64,000 nucleotides of DNA, from NCBI GenBank assembly GCA_902595225.1, contig CACJPG010000001.1:71269-135268 (forward strand), given 5' to 3'. This document shows positions 29,283 to 39,999 of this stretch, one piece after another. The notes beneath the pieces are model-generated. The model searched no databases. It had not been told where the DNA came from and was given only the letters and a program-made list of their open reading frames with translations. The stretch's first letter is position 1, and each line of letters starts with the position of its first letter. Source of the stretch: an uncultured Thiothrix sp. (GTDB lineage Bacteria; Pseudomonadota; Gammaproteobacteria; Poriferisulfidales; GCA-002705445). A program made the translations under genes and the position numbers.

Positions 29283-30581
29283 ATGGCTGATAAGAAAATT
29301 ACAATTAAGGATGGACAATCTGACAATGAAATTGATCTGCCAGTTTTAGACTCTATATTAGGACCAAATGTTGTTGATATTAGAGCTCTTGAAAAAAACT
29401 TAGGCTATCTGTCTCATGACCCAGGCTTTATAGCTACTTCAAGCTGTGAGAGCAAAATAACATTCATAGATGGAAACGAAGGTAAATTATGGTATAGGGG
29501 CTATCCGATTGAAGAGCTTGCTGAGAAAAGTAATTTTTTAGAAACAACATACCTGCTTTTAAATGACAAATTACCTAGTAAAAATGAACTCAAATCCTTT
29601 TCTGATGACATTAAAAGTGGTTACAATGTTGACAGGTCTGTTTTAAAAATTATTGAGGTTTTCGATAAAGATAGTCATCCAATGGCAATTATGACAGCAT
29701 GTCTAAGCTATTTATCTGCTAAATATCACCGAGATTTAAATATACAAAATAAAAATTATAGGTATAAATCTACAATAAATCTTATTTCAGGTGTGCCTAT
29801 AATTTCAGCTTGGATTTTAAATTTTATTCTAGGACAAAGTTTTAAAGATTCCGACAAAACATTATCAATTGCAGAAAACTTTATTAACATGGCATTTCCA
29901 AAGCTCAATGATGAACAAAAAAAATTATCTGCAAGAGCAATGGACGTTATATTTTTGCTCCATGCAGATCATGAACAGAATGCCTCTACATCTACAGTTA
30001 GACTCTCAGGAAGCTCAGAAACAAGCCCATACGCAGCAATAGCAGCTGGTATATCAACCCTCTGGGGGCCAACTCATGGTGGAGCTAATGAGGCAGTAAT
30101 CAATATGCTCGAGGAGATAAAAAATTCTGACAAAGATGTTGAGTTTTATATAGACCAAGCAAAAGATAAAGATAATCCATTTAGACTTATGGGTTTCGGT
30201 CATAGAATATACAAAAATTACGATCCAAGAGCTAAGATTATACAAAAAATTGCTCATGAATACCTTGAAACACTTGATAAAGATAACCCCAACAAACCTT
30301 TATTTGACATTGCAATGAAATTAGAAAAATACGCTCTTGAGGATGAATATTTTGTAACAAGGAAACTTTATCCGAATGTTGATTTCTATTCTGGTATAGT
30401 ACTAAAAGCAATTGGTGTTCCTCAAAGCATGTATACTGTTATTTTTGCTTTAGCTAGAACAGTAGGCTGGGTTGCTCATTGGAATGAAATGCTTGAGGAT
30501 AAAAATTTCAGAATAGGAAGGCCAAGACAACTCTATACTGGAAAAAACAAAACTAGTTATGTTGATATAAACGAACGTTAG
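29283..30581 (+). CDS. gltA: Citrate synthase
   Basis: LHADHEQNASTSTVR, HGGANE, RLMGFGHR, YPNVDFYSG. Confidence 0.97.
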   Translation: MADKKITIKDGQSDNEIDLPVLDSILGPNVVDIRALEKNLGYLSHDPGFIATSSCESKITFIDGNEGKLWYRGYPIEELAEKSNFLETTYLLLNDKLPSKNELKSFSDDIKSGYNVDRSVLKIIEVFDKDSHPMAIMTACLSYLSAKYHRDLNIQNKNYRYKSTINLISGVPIISAWILNFILGQSFKDSDKTLSIAENFINMAFPKLNDEQKKLSARAMDVIFLLHADHEQNASTSTVRLSGSSETSPYAAIAAGISTLWGPTHGGANEAVINMLEEIKNSDKDVEFYIDQAKDKDNPFRLMGFGHRIYKNYDPRAKIIQKIAHEYLETLDKDNPNKPLFDIAMKLEKYALEDEYFVTRKLYPNVDFYSGIVLKAIGVPQSMYTVIFALARTVGWVAHWNEMLEDKNFRIGRPRQLYTGKNKTSYVDINER

Positions 30582-31699
30582 TTTCGAAAAAAATCTCTAA
30601 TAACTTTTGAAAATCTATCCTCATCAACTAAAAATGAATCGTGTCCTTGAATGGAATCAAGCTGTTCAAACTGAAAATTCTTTTTTGCTTTTGCAAAACC
30701 ATCTGCTAGCTCCTTTTGCTGATCCAAAGGAAATAAAATATCAGACTTAACCCCAACTATAAGATTCTTTTCGGTATGAATTTTTGCAAGCCCCGCATTA
30801 ACAGTTCCACCATGTTCAGCGACATCAAATAAATCCATTGCTCTTGATAAGTAAAGGTAGCAATTTGGATCAAACATAGATACAAATTTTTCTGAATTGT
30901 GATCCAAGTAATTTTCAACCTCAAATTCAATATCAAACATTTTTTGATTAGACTTTTTTTGTATTCTAGCTCTATTAAACCTCTCTCTCCATTCATTTGC
31001 AGCTCTGTATGACATTAGGCCTAATTTTCTAGCAAGCTTCATTCCATTAATTGGTGCTGTTTTTTTTGTATAATTTCCATTATTCCATTTTGGATCACTC
31101 CTAATTAACTCTCTTTGTAATGAGCGTATTGAAATAGTGAAAGGCAGAGCTCTAGCAGCAGCTGATATTACTATAAGATTCGACAAATCATTTGGATATA
31201 GTAAAGCATACGCAAGTGCTGTCATTCCACCCATTGAGGGACCAATAACTGTATGCGCCCTATCTATTTGTAATGATTGCAAAACCATATGGCCAGCTTT
31301 TGCAATATCTTCTATTGAGAGCTCAGGAAAATTTGTTCCATAAATTGAACTACTTTCTTTATTTAACGAAGCAGGAGAAGTTGACCCAAAGCAACTGCCA
31401 AGTGAATTTACACAAACAACAAAATATTTCTCAGTATCAATCGGCTTGCCAGGACCTATCATGAAGTCCCACCAACCAGGATCATCATTTGTTTCGCTTG
31501 CAGCAGCATGCGATGAAGGTGATAGACCAGTAAAAATTAAAATCGCATTATCATTATTGATTGATAATTCACCCCATGTTTCATATGCAATTTCAACATT
31601 ATTAAGCACACCGCCCTTAAACATTTTAAAGCCAGTACTCCCATAATCACTTGGGAGTTTTGCAATTTTTACACCCTTAATTTTAAAATCATTCGACAT
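30578..31699 (-). CDS. metX: MetX-family acyltransferase, probably L-serine O-succinyl/acetyltransferase
   Basis: IAYETWG, TGLSPSSHA, GWW, GPSMGG, DILFP, GHDSFL. Confidence 0.85.
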   Translation of the reverse strand: MSNDFKIKGVKIAKLPSDYGSTGFKMFKGGVLNNVEIAYETWGELSINNDNAILIFTGLSPSSHAAASETNDDPGWWDFMIGPGKPIDTEKYFVVCVNSLGSCFGSTSPASLNKESSSIYGTNFPELSIEDIAKAGHMVLQSLQIDRAHTVIGPSMGGMTALAYALLYPNDLSNLIVISAAARALPFTISIRSLQRELIRSDPKWNNGNYTKKTAPINGMKLARKLGLMSYRAANEWRERFNRARIQKKSNQKMFDIEFEVENYLDHNSEKFVSMFDPNCYLYLSRAMDLFDVAEHGGTVNAGLAKIHTEKNLIVGVKSDILFPLDQQKELADGFAKAKKNFQFEQLDSIQGHDSFLVDEDRFSKVIRDFFRN

Positions 31700-31729
31700 A
31701 AATGCAATTAGTTTAGAAATTTTTTCAAA

Positions 31730-32206
31730 TTATACTTTAGAGTAAGCATCAAATGAATAGCCTTTTTTAAGACAATTTTTTATCCATAGATGTAAAAAAT
31801 AATTTTTATACCATTTTTTCAGTCTTATATCATGAAATTTTTGAATATTATTATAATTAATTTTCCTGTTCAATTTATCAAAATTAAGAATTTCAACTTG
31901 TTTTGAGTCAAAGTAAATTTTTAATGAAATATAATCTATATAAGTATTACTTTTGAAGTAGCTATATGAAAACTTAATTTCAGCTGTATGATTACTGATT
32001 CTGTTTATTGTAAGTCTAATATTGTTATCATCATTATCAGTTTTTCTAGTGAATTTTTTAGAAACATTATCTTTATTGAGAATTCTAAAATCTATCATTT
32101 CTTTTAATAGATAATAGTTTCTTTCATAAGATTTCATCAATGAAAGAAAATTATTTTTGCGAACAGAGTTTGGATGCGTCCCTATATTCATAATATTATG
32201 ATACAC
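31730..32206 (-). CDS. DUF1249-like protein
   Basis: LMKSYERNY..L, LKIYFDSKQVE, KWYKNYFLHLW..CL..GY. Confidence 0.65.
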   Translation of the reverse strand: MYHNIMNIGTHPNSVRKNNFLSLMKSYERNYYLLKEMIDFRILNKDNVSKKFTRKTDNDDNNIRLTINRISNHTAEIKFSYSYFKSNTYIDYISLKIYFDSKQVEILNFDKLNRKINYNNIQKFHDIRLKKWYKNYFLHLWIKNCLKKGYSFDAYSKV

Positions 32207-32354
32207 ACCAAAAACTTTACTGTCTATTTTTTGAAAGCGAATAAAATCACTTGTTAAAAAATAACAATCTCATTTTAAAGACAAATAGGATTAGATTTTA
32301 AACTGAATAAAAGCTAATTTTTACCTTTTTATAATTATTAAACTTATGATTTAG

Positions 32355-32570
32355 TTACTTAGCTTCTACATCTGTAGCGGTTAAACCTTTCTCGCTTTCA
32401 GTTACAGTAAATTCAACAGCCTGCCCTTCTTTAAGTGTTCTATAACCATCTCCCTCGATTTTTATAGCACCAAAGTGAACAAAAACATCTTTTCCGCTTT
32501 CTCGTTGAATAAAACCGTAACCTTTTGAATCGTTAAACCATTTAACTGTACCGGTTTCTCTATCTGACAT
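32355..32570 (-). CDS. Cold-shock protein (CspA family)
   Basis: [21 protein letters not shown]. Confidence 0.96.
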   Translation of the reverse strand: MSDRETGTVKWFNDSKGYGFIQRESGKDVFVHFGAIKIEGDGYRTLKEGQAVEFTVTESEKGLTATDVEAK

Positions 32571-32598
32571 ATTATTCTTCTATATATTTATTAATCAA

Positions 32599-32624
32599 AA
32601 AAAGTTATAAGCAAATAACTTTTT
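32599..32624 (-). terminator. Weak hairpin plus T tract after the sdh operon
   Basis: AAAAAGTTAT-N6-ATAACTTTTT inverted repeat, followed by T's on the minus strand; AT-rich stem. Confidence 0.35.
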
Positions 32625-32642
32625 AGCTTTATAAGTAAAAAC

Positions 32643-32888
32643 TCATCTAGAGTCTAAACTCATATTACGTATCATATCAGCAATTTCATTTACTGCAATG
32701 TCTTTTGAAGATATTTTATTAAGTACTAAATCGTATATAGTTGGATCTTCGAAAGATAATAATTTGACAAATGCTTCTTTATGAGTGTCAGAAACTGTAT
32801 GATAGAAATTATTTAAAAAACCAGTCATTAACATGTCAAGTTCTTTGGTCCCTCTTCTACATTTCCAAAGAATTTGTTTTTCGTCCAT
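32643..32888 (-). CDS. sdhE: Succinate dehydrogenase flavinylation factor
   Basis: WKCRRGTKELD; directly after sdhB. Confidence 0.9.
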   Translation of the reverse strand: MDEKQILWKCRRGTKELDMLMTGFLNNFYHTVSDTHKEAFVKLLSFEDPTIYDLVLNKISSKDIAVNEIADMIRNMSLDSR

Positions 32889-32893
32889 ATTAC

Positions 32894-33679
32894 TTAAATT
32901 TTATTAGAAACCATTAATGATTTAATTTTTGCAATTTGTTTTGCAGGATTAAGACCTTTGGGGCATGCGTTTGTGCAATTCATTATGGTATGACATTTAT
33001 AAAGCTTAAATGTATCTTCAAGTTTTTCTAATCTTTCTTTTTGATGTTCGTCTCTAGAGTCTGCAATCCATCTATACGCTTGCATCAGAGTGGCCGGACC
33101 CAAATATTTGTCACCATTCCACCAATAACTTGGACAACTAGTTGAACAGCAAGCACAAAGTATACATTCATCTGAACCATCAAGCTCGGCAAGCTCTTCT
33201 TTTGACTGAAGTCTTTCAGAAGATAAGTCTTCAGGTTCTTCAGCCTGTAACCATGGTTGAACAGATTCATACTGTTTGTAAAAGTTTGATAAATCAGTAA
33301 CTAGATCTTTTACCACTGGCATATGTGGTAATGGATAGATTTTAATATCACCCTTAATATCATCAATACTTTTCGTGCAAGCAAGAGTATTTCTACCATC
33401 TATATTCATTGAGCACGAGCCACAGATGCCTTCTCTACATGATCTTCTAAAGGTTATTGTTGTATCAATCTCATTTTTAATTTTCAGAAGTGCGTCAAGA
33501 ACCATTGGGCCGCAGTCTGAAGTGTCAATTTCATATGTATCAACCCTTGGATTTTTTTCGTCATCAGGATCATAACGATAAATTTTAAAGATTCTAATAT
33601 TTTTTTTATCTGCACTTTCACACTTAAAGTGTTTACCAGTTTTAACAATAGAATTTAGTGGTAATGTGAATTCAGCCAT
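32894..33679 (-). CDS. sdhB: Succinate dehydrogenase iron-sulfur subunit
   Basis: [36 protein letters not shown]. Confidence 0.97.
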   Translation of the reverse strand: MAEFTLPLNSIVKTGKHFKCESADKKNIRIFKIYRYDPDDEKNPRVDTYEIDTSDCGPMVLDALLKIKNEIDTTITFRRSCREGICGSCSMNIDGRNTLACTKSIDDIKGDIKIYPLPHMPVVKDLVTDLSNFYKQYESVQPWLQAEEPEDLSSERLQSKEELAELDGSDECILCACCSTSCPSYWWNGDKYLGPATLMQAYRWIADSRDEHQKERLEKLEDTFKLYKCHTIMNCTNACPKGLNPAKQIAKIKSLMVSNKI

Positions 33680-33681
33680 TG

Positions 33682-35472
33682 TTAATAAACCCTCTTCTTG
33701 GGTGGTACTGCTTCAACTTCGTCCGTTAAAGTTGTCAAGATTACTTTCCTATAACTCATTTCCACTATACCACTTTCATCTATTGATGCAATTGAATGTT
33801 TTAACCACTCATTATCGTTTCTTTCTGGAAAATCATCTCTTGCATGCGCACCTCTTGACTCGGTTCTATTGTAAGCAGACTCAACTGAAACAATTGATTG
33901 GGTAATTAAATTTTCTAGCTCAAGTGTCTCTAATAATTCTGAGTTCCATTTTAAAGAATTATCATTTAATTTAATGTCTGAGAAGTCCTTATAAATTGAA
34001 TGAATATTTTTTCGACCCTCATCTAATGTTTTTTCGGTTCTGAATACAGCGACACTTTTTTGGTTTTCCTTTTGAAGTTTTGATCTAAGTTGAGAAGGGA
34101 TATTTGAACCAGATGAAAATCTAGTTTTATCAAGTCTAGATATTATTTTATCAATCTCTTGTTTGTTTGGTTCCGGATGTTTACTTCCGGGTTTTACAAC
34201 TTTTGCTGCTTGTTTTGCAGCCGCCCTTCCAAAAACGATTAAATCTAGAAGAGAATTTGAACCCAGTCTATTAGCACCGTGAACAGAGACACAGGCTGTT
34301 TCTCCAATCGCCATCAACCCAGGCACAACATTTTCTTCTTGTTCGTTTTTTGGAATAACAACTTCACCTAAATAGTTTGTTGGAATACCTCCCATATTAT
34401 AGTGGACTGTTGGAATAACTGGTATTGGAGCTTTCGTAACATCAACTCCAGCAAATATTCTTGCAGATTCTGCTATGCCAGGAAGCTTCTCGTTAATTAC
34501 ATCTTTACCTAAATGTTCTAAATGTAATTCGATATGATCTTTATCTTTTCCAACACCCCTTCCTTCATTTATCTCGATTGTCATTGATCTACTTACAACA
34601 TCGCGTGAGGCTAAGTCTTTTGCATTTGGAGCATATCTCTCCATAAATCTTTCGCCATCTGAATTTGTTAAATATCCGCCTTCACCTCTAGATCCTTCTG
34701 TAATCAAGCACCCTGCGCCATATATACCAGTTGGATGGAATTGAGTAAATTCCATATCTTGCAAAGGTATTCCTGCGCGTTGAGCCATGCCACTCCCATC
34801 GCCTGTGCAAGTATGTGCTGAAGTTGCAGAAAAATAAGCTCTACCATACCCACCCGTAGCTAAAAGGGTTACATGACCTTTAAATAAATGAAGCTTCCCA
34901 CTGGCTAAATCAATAGCAACAACACCGGTACATTTACCTTCTTCCATAACGAGATCAATTGCAAAATATTCAATAAAAAATTCGGCTTTGTATTTAAGTG
35001 ATTGTTGATACAAAGTATGTAAAATTGAATGGCCGGTTCTATCCGCTGCTGCACATGTTCTTTGTGCTGTACCATCTCCATAATGAGTGGTCATTCCGCC
35101 AAAAGGTCTTTGATATATCTTTCCTGCCTCTGTTCTCGAAAAAGGAACCCCGTAATGCTCAAGCTCAATAACAGAAGGTATTGCTTCTTTACACATATAT
35201 TCAATAGCATCTTGATCGCCTAACCAATCAGAACCTTTTATAGTATCGTACATATGCCATCGCCAATCATCTTCTCCCATGTTACCAAGGGCTGCACTCA
35301 TTCCTCCTTGAGCAGCAACAGTGTGGCTTCTAGTTGGGAATACTTTTGTGATACAAGCAGTTCTTAAACCTTCCGTAGCCATTCCTAAAGTTGCGCGCAA
35401 ACCTGAACCACCTGCTCCGACTACAATAACGTCATACTCGTGAATGGTCATCTCGTAATCTTTAGTATTCAT
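33682..35472 (-). CDS. sdhA: Succinate dehydrogenase flavoprotein subunit
   Basis: [33 protein letters not shown]. Confidence 0.97.
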   Translation of the reverse strand: MNTKDYEMTIHEYDVIVVGAGGSGLRATLGMATEGLRTACITKVFPTRSHTVAAQGGMSAALGNMGEDDWRWHMYDTIKGSDWLGDQDAIEYMCKEAIPSVIELEHYGVPFSRTEAGKIYQRPFGGMTTHYGDGTAQRTCAAADRTGHSILHTLYQQSLKYKAEFFIEYFAIDLVMEEGKCTGVVAIDLASGKLHLFKGHVTLLATGGYGRAYFSATSAHTCTGDGSGMAQRAGIPLQDMEFTQFHPTGIYGAGCLITEGSRGEGGYLTNSDGERFMERYAPNAKDLASRDVVSRSMTIEINEGRGVGKDKDHIELHLEHLGKDVINEKLPGIAESARIFAGVDVTKAPIPVIPTVHYNMGGIPTNYLGEVVIPKNEQEENVVPGLMAIGETACVSVHGANRLGSNSLLDLIVFGRAAAKQAAKVVKPGSKHPEPNKQEIDKIISRLDKTRFSSGSNIPSQLRSKLQKENQKSVAVFRTEKTLDEGRKNIHSIYKDFSDIKLNDNSLKWNSELLETLELENLITQSIVSVESAYNRTESRGAHARDDFPERNDNEWLKHSIASIDESGIVEMSYRKVILTTLTDEVEAVPPKKRVY

Positions 35473-35478
35473 TAAAAA

Positions 35479-35826
35479 CTAAACTCCAAAATAAATTTTT
35501 GTAATAACAATTAGCCCAAATAGTGCGAGAAGATAATACACCAAATTTACAAGCTTAATGTAAAAATCTCTGAATTTTATTGTTGAGATATAATCCTCTA
35601 AAATTACTTGAATACCAAGCTGAAAGTGTCTTGCTGAGACTAAAATTAATACTGATAATAAGATATAATTAGGTGTACGACTTATCCAAAGTACCATATT
35701 TTGGTGAGTAATTTCGGGCACAAGACTTAAAGAGTAAATTATCCAAAGGGCTAGTGGAAAGAAAAGAACCGTAGAAAATCTATGATATAACCAATGTTTT
35801 TTTCCATGTAAAACTTTTAGTAACAA
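35479..35826 (-). CDS. sdhD: Succinate dehydrogenase membrane anchor
   Basis: HWLYHR, HFQLGIQVILEDY; TTG start with GGAG RBS. Confidence 0.9.
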   Translation of the reverse strand: MLLKVLHGKKHWLYHRFSTVLFFPLALWIIYSLSLVPEITHQNMVLWISRTPNYILLSVLILVSARHFQLGIQVILEDYISTIKFRDFYIKLVNLVYYLLALFGLIVITKIYFGV

Positions 35827-35849
35827 TTTTAATTCTCCACTTGCTTATT

Positions 35850-36230
35850 CTATAGCAAATAAAGCAAGACTGTAATAACTGTCATCAGTGCTGTAGCTGA
35901 TAGCACTATTAAGGACCATATAAATGGAGCATTTCCGCTAAAACCATACCCCAGATCCCAAAAAAGATGTCTGATCTCATTGGACATATAAAGATATAGT
36001 GAAAATATCCAAAAAGTAGACAAAATTTTACCTATAGTACTAGTAAATATTGTATAGCTTATATTATAGATTTCACTTCCTGATGCAATCGAAATTAAGA
36101 AAATTATAAATAATGCATAAGCTATGCTATTTGCAACAAAGCAAATTCTGCTTGATATTGACACAAGCGCAACAAGAGGTAATCTGTATACTTGCAGATG
36201 CGGTGAAAGTGGAACCTTATTTAGTGACAT
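35850..36230 (-). CDS. sdhC: Succinate dehydrogenase cytochrome b556 subunit
   Basis: PLSPHLQVYR, IRHLFWDLGYG. Confidence 0.9.
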   Translation of the reverse strand: MSLNKVPLSPHLQVYRLPLVALVSISSRICFVANSIAYALFIIFLISIASGSEIYNISYTIFTSTIGKILSTFWIFSLYLYMSNEIRHLFWDLGYGFSGNAPFIWSLIVLSATALMTVITVLLYLL

Positions 36231-36274
36231 TTTTCTCCCAAATTATAAATAATTAAACATTACTAAACCCAAGT

Positions 36275-37264
36275 ATGATAAACGATTTTTTGACAAAATT
36301 CCTCTCAAAAAACCCTATTATGGATGATTATGGCCTTAAATATAACCATACTTTTTCAGAAGAAATTTTAAAGATTAAAGACAATTACTCTGTATCGCAA
36401 TTATCAAATAAGGTTTTAATTAGGTGTAGTGGTGAAGGTCTAGAGGATTTTCTAAATAGTCAATTTACAAATGACATAAAAAAATTAAATAAAGAAAAAA
36501 TTTTATTATGTGGGTACTGCAATCCAAAAGGAAGATTAATATCAGTTTTCTATATTTTTCAATTAGATAAAGACTATTACTTATATACTACATTAGATTC
36601 GAAAGATCTTTTACTAAAAAAATTAAACATGTATAAAATGGCTTTGAAGATAGAATTTATGCCGTTAAACAATATATTAATTGGTATATCAAATATAAAT
36701 CTTAATCAAAAAATTCCATTTGATTATCTTAAAGAAAATAAAGTTATAAAACTGGAGAATTCTATTATTTTTATGCCTTATGACAACTATGCAATAATAT
36801 CTACTAACCCTGAAGAATTTGATAAAAACTTATATATTGATAATTTATCGCTGCTTGGCTATAAATCATCAGATTTTTTTGATATAGATCATCACACGCC
36901 ATTTATCACAAGCTCATTCATTGAAACTTATACGCCTCAAATGCTTTCTTTAGATATTTTAGATGGTGTTTCTTTTGAAAAGGGTTGTTATCCCGGGCAA
37001 GAAATTGTTGCGCGCACACATTATTTAGGAGAAGCAAAAAAATCATTATTTAAATTTTATATAAATAGTAATGCTGATCTAGATACATCAAAAAAAATAC
37101 ATAATGAAGAAAGAAAGGTTGCTGGTGATATACTAAATATTATAAAAATTGACGAATCTAATTACTTTTGTCTTGGTGTCTTAAGAAAAGAATTTTCAAG
37201 TAAAAAATTATATGTTGATCCAGATAGTTTGGTAGAAAATGTTAAGGGAGTATTAAGAACATGA
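36275..37264 (+). CDS. ygfZ: Folate-binding Fe-S/tRNA-modification protein YgfZ
   Basis: FLNSQFTND, NPKGR, signature KGCYPGQE. Confidence 0.92.
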   Translation: MINDFLTKFLSKNPIMDDYGLKYNHTFSEEILKIKDNYSVSQLSNKVLIRCSGEGLEDFLNSQFTNDIKKLNKEKILLCGYCNPKGRLISVFYIFQLDKDYYLYTTLDSKDLLLKKLNMYKMALKIEFMPLNNILIGISNINLNQKIPFDYLKENKVIKLENSIIFMPYDNYAIISTNPEEFDKNLYIDNLSLLGYKSSDFFDIDHHTPFITSSFIETYTPQMLSLDILDGVSFEKGCYPGQEIVARTHYLGEAKKSLFKFYINSNADLDTSKKIHNEERKVAGDILNIIKIDESNYFCLGVLRKEFSSKKLYVDPDSLVENVKGVLRT

Positions 37265-37407
37265 CTAAATATATAATAATATTAATAATTCTTCTCATAC
37301 TGCTAATAATGTACTTTAGCCAGAAAAATAAGGAGCTATTCTGGCCCTTAGCAATTCTTTTGATAATATTTACTATTGTAATTATTATGGCTTTTCTTGG
37401 AATATAA
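37261..37407 (+). CDS. Small 48-aa two-helix membrane protein (not in the ORF track)
   Basis: MTKYIIILIILLILLIMYFSQKNKELFWPLAILLIIFTIVIIMAFLGI; ATGA overlap with the ygfZ stop; fills the gap to lysS. Confidence 0.65.
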   Translation: MTKYIIILIILLILLIMYFSQKNKELFWPLAILLIIFTIVIIMAFLGI

Positions 37408-37413
37408 AGTTGT

Positions 37414-38892
37414 TTATCTCATTAAAGGAAAAAGCAATACTTCTCTAATTGATGGTGAATCAGTCAATATCATTATAAGCCTATCTATACCAATACCCTC
37501 TCCTGCAGTCGGCGGCATTCCATATTCTAACGCTTCGATATAGTCATCGTCTAAATACATTGCCTCATTATCACCCTTATCTTTTAATTCTACTTGCTTT
37601 TCGAATCTACGCTTCTGATCGTCAGGATCATTTAATTCAGAAAAACCATTTGCAATCTCTTTGCCCATGATAAAAAACTCAAATCTATCTGCTATATCTT
37701 TATTTTTATCATTAACTCTTGAAAGTGGAGAAACCTCTATAGGATACTCTGTAATAAAGGTTGGTTCGATTAAATTTGACTCAACATTTTTTTCAAATAT
37801 TGAAAAATGGATTTCGCCTATTGTCTGATAATTTTTTATATGAATATTTTTATCCTTACAGTAACTTCTTAAGTAATTCTCATCTAATAATTTCACCTTA
37901 TCAAGATCATCAGAAAACTCCAAAATTGATTCAATCAATGTCATCCTTTTAAAATTCTTCGAGAAATCTAATTCTTGTTCTTGATAAATAATTTTGTTCG
38001 ACCCTTTAACTTCTTTTACAACTTTTCTAATAAGCTCCTCAGTAAGATTCATCATGTCAATATAAGTAGAAAAAGTTTTATAAAATTCAACCATAGTAAA
38101 TTCTGGATTATGTTTTGAGGATACTCCCTCGTTACGGAAATTCCGGTTAATTTCAAATATCTTGTTAAAACCCCCAACAATTAATCTTTTAAGAAATAGC
38201 TCAGGAGCAATTCGCATATATAGATCCATATCTAAAGTGTTGTGATGTGTAATAAAAGGTCTTGCTGTTGCTCCGCCTGGAATTTTATGCATCATTGGAG
38301 TTTCAACTTCAATAAAACCCTTCTCATCAAAATAGTTTCTTATTGACCTTATTGCCTTAAATCTAATGTCAAAAATATTTCTTGTATCGTCATTGCATAT
38401 TAAATCAAGATATCTTTTTCGATATTTTATTTCTTGGTCAGCTAGACCATGGTACTTCTCCGGTAGTGGGCGCAAAGATTTTGTCACTACTTCAAAATTC
38501 TTTACATGAATTGTTAATTCATCAGTTTTAGTTTTGAATAGATGACCACTCACATGGACGATATCACCAATATCTGACTCTTTAAATACTTTAAAAATTT
38601 CTTCATTTAAATCGGTTTTATCAACATAGAATTGTATTGTTCCTGTTTCATCTTTTACATTTGCAAAACTAGATTTTCCCATAACTCTTTTTGACATCAT
38701 TCTTCCATTTACGACTACCTCTTTATTTTTATTACTTAAAATTTTTTCATCTAAAGACATTTCAATAATTGAAGCACATGTCTGTCCCTTCGGAAAAATA
38801 TTTCTATAGAAATTATTATTATCCTTAAGTTTATTCAGTTTTTTTCTTCTCTCTAAAATAAGTCGATGTGTGTCGTTATCTTTTTTATCCAT
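37414..38892 (-). CDS. lysS: Lysine--tRNA ligase
   Basis: SLRPLPEKYHGL, YRKRYLDL, FRNEG, GIGIDRL. Confidence 0.97.
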   Translation of the reverse strand: MDKKDNDTHRLILERRKKLNKLKDNNNFYRNIFPKGQTCASIIEMSLDEKILSNKNKEVVVNGRMMSKRVMGKSSFANVKDETGTIQFYVDKTDLNEEIFKVFKESDIGDIVHVSGHLFKTKTDELTIHVKNFEVVTKSLRPLPEKYHGLADQEIKYRKRYLDLICNDDTRNIFDIRFKAIRSIRNYFDEKGFIEVETPMMHKIPGGATARPFITHHNTLDMDLYMRIAPELFLKRLIVGGFNKIFEINRNFRNEGVSSKHNPEFTMVEFYKTFSTYIDMMNLTEELIRKVVKEVKGSNKIIYQEQELDFSKNFKRMTLIESILEFSDDLDKVKLLDENYLRSYCKDKNIHIKNYQTIGEIHFSIFEKNVESNLIEPTFITEYPIEVSPLSRVNDKNKDIADRFEFFIMGKEIANGFSELNDPDDQKRRFEKQVELKDKGDNEAMYLDDDYIEALEYGMPPTAGEGIGIDRLIMILTDSPSIREVLLFPLMR

Positions 38893-39995
38893 TATCCTGC
38901 CCCATCTTTAAGCTTGCCTCTATAAACATATCAATATTACCATCTAAAACTGACTGAGTATTACTAGTTTCAACATTTGTTCGTAAATCTTTGATTCTTG
39001 ATTGGTCCAATACGTATGACCTTATCTGGCTTCCCCAGCCTATATCAGCCTTTTGGTTTTCAATATTATCTTGTTCATTTCTTTTTTTTTGCAACTCTAT
39101 TTCATAGAGTTTGGCCTTAAGTTGTTTCAATGCGGTCTCTTTATTTTTATGCTGAGATCTACCATTTTGACATTGTGTTACAACACCTGTTTTCAGGTGT
39201 GTTATTCTAACAGCAGATTCGGTTTTATTTACATGCTGTCCACCAGCACCACTTGCTCTAAAAACGTCTATTCGAAGATCGCTGGGATCTATATCAATCT
39301 CTATATCCTCATTAATTTCAGGAGAAATAAATATTGATGCAAAAGATGTATGCCTTCTATTACCAGAGTCAAATGGAGATTTACGAACTAGTCTGTGCAC
39401 ACCTGTTTCAGTTTTAAGCCATCCAAAGGCATAATCACCATTAAACTTTAAAGTTGCGCTCTTTATTCCAGCTACATCGCCATTCATAATACTAATTACT
39501 TCAACATCAAAATGATTCTTTTCGCCCCATCTTGAATACATTCTTTGAAGCATTTCTGCCCAATCTTGAGCTTCAGTGCCTCCTGAACCAGCCTGGATGT
39601 CTAGAAACGCATTACATTTATCAGATTCATTTTGAAAAATTTTAAAAAAAGATAACTTTTCTAATGATTCTGAAATGTTTCTTACTTCTTTAGATAAATA
39701 ATCATATAACTCATCAGACTGGTCTTCATCATAGAGTTCCTTAAATTCTTTAATTTGCACCAAATCATCATTAATTTTTGTAAATTCAGAAACTTCTTTT
39801 TCTAAAGAAGAACGTTTTTTTGACAATTCTAAGGATTTATCTCTATCAGACCAAATTTTTTCATCTTGCAATTGAATACTGAGCTCACTAAGCTCGTTTA
39901 TTTTAGAATTAATGTCAAAGATACCTCCTGGCATCTGTAATTTCTCTCTCTATTTGAGAAATCTGTATCTCAAAATCATCTTCATGTTTCTTCAT
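38885..39995 (-). CDS. prfB: Peptide chain release factor 2 with programmed +1 frameshift
   Basis: ATG 39995 gives MKKHEDDFEIQISQIEREITDARRYL then TGA; the +1 frame has SPF and GGQ motifs. Confidence 0.96.
39914..39929 (-). promoter_or_regulatory. prfB +1 ribosomal frameshift cassette
   Basis: AGGAGG-TAT-CTT-TGA-C on the minus strand. Confidence 0.95.
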
Positions 39996-39999
39996 TTAG

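Noticed and set aside
32251-32267. TTGTTA-N5-TAACAA inverted repeat downstream of the csp gene
   Set aside because: Only 6-bp AT-rich arms; cannot be distinguished from chance
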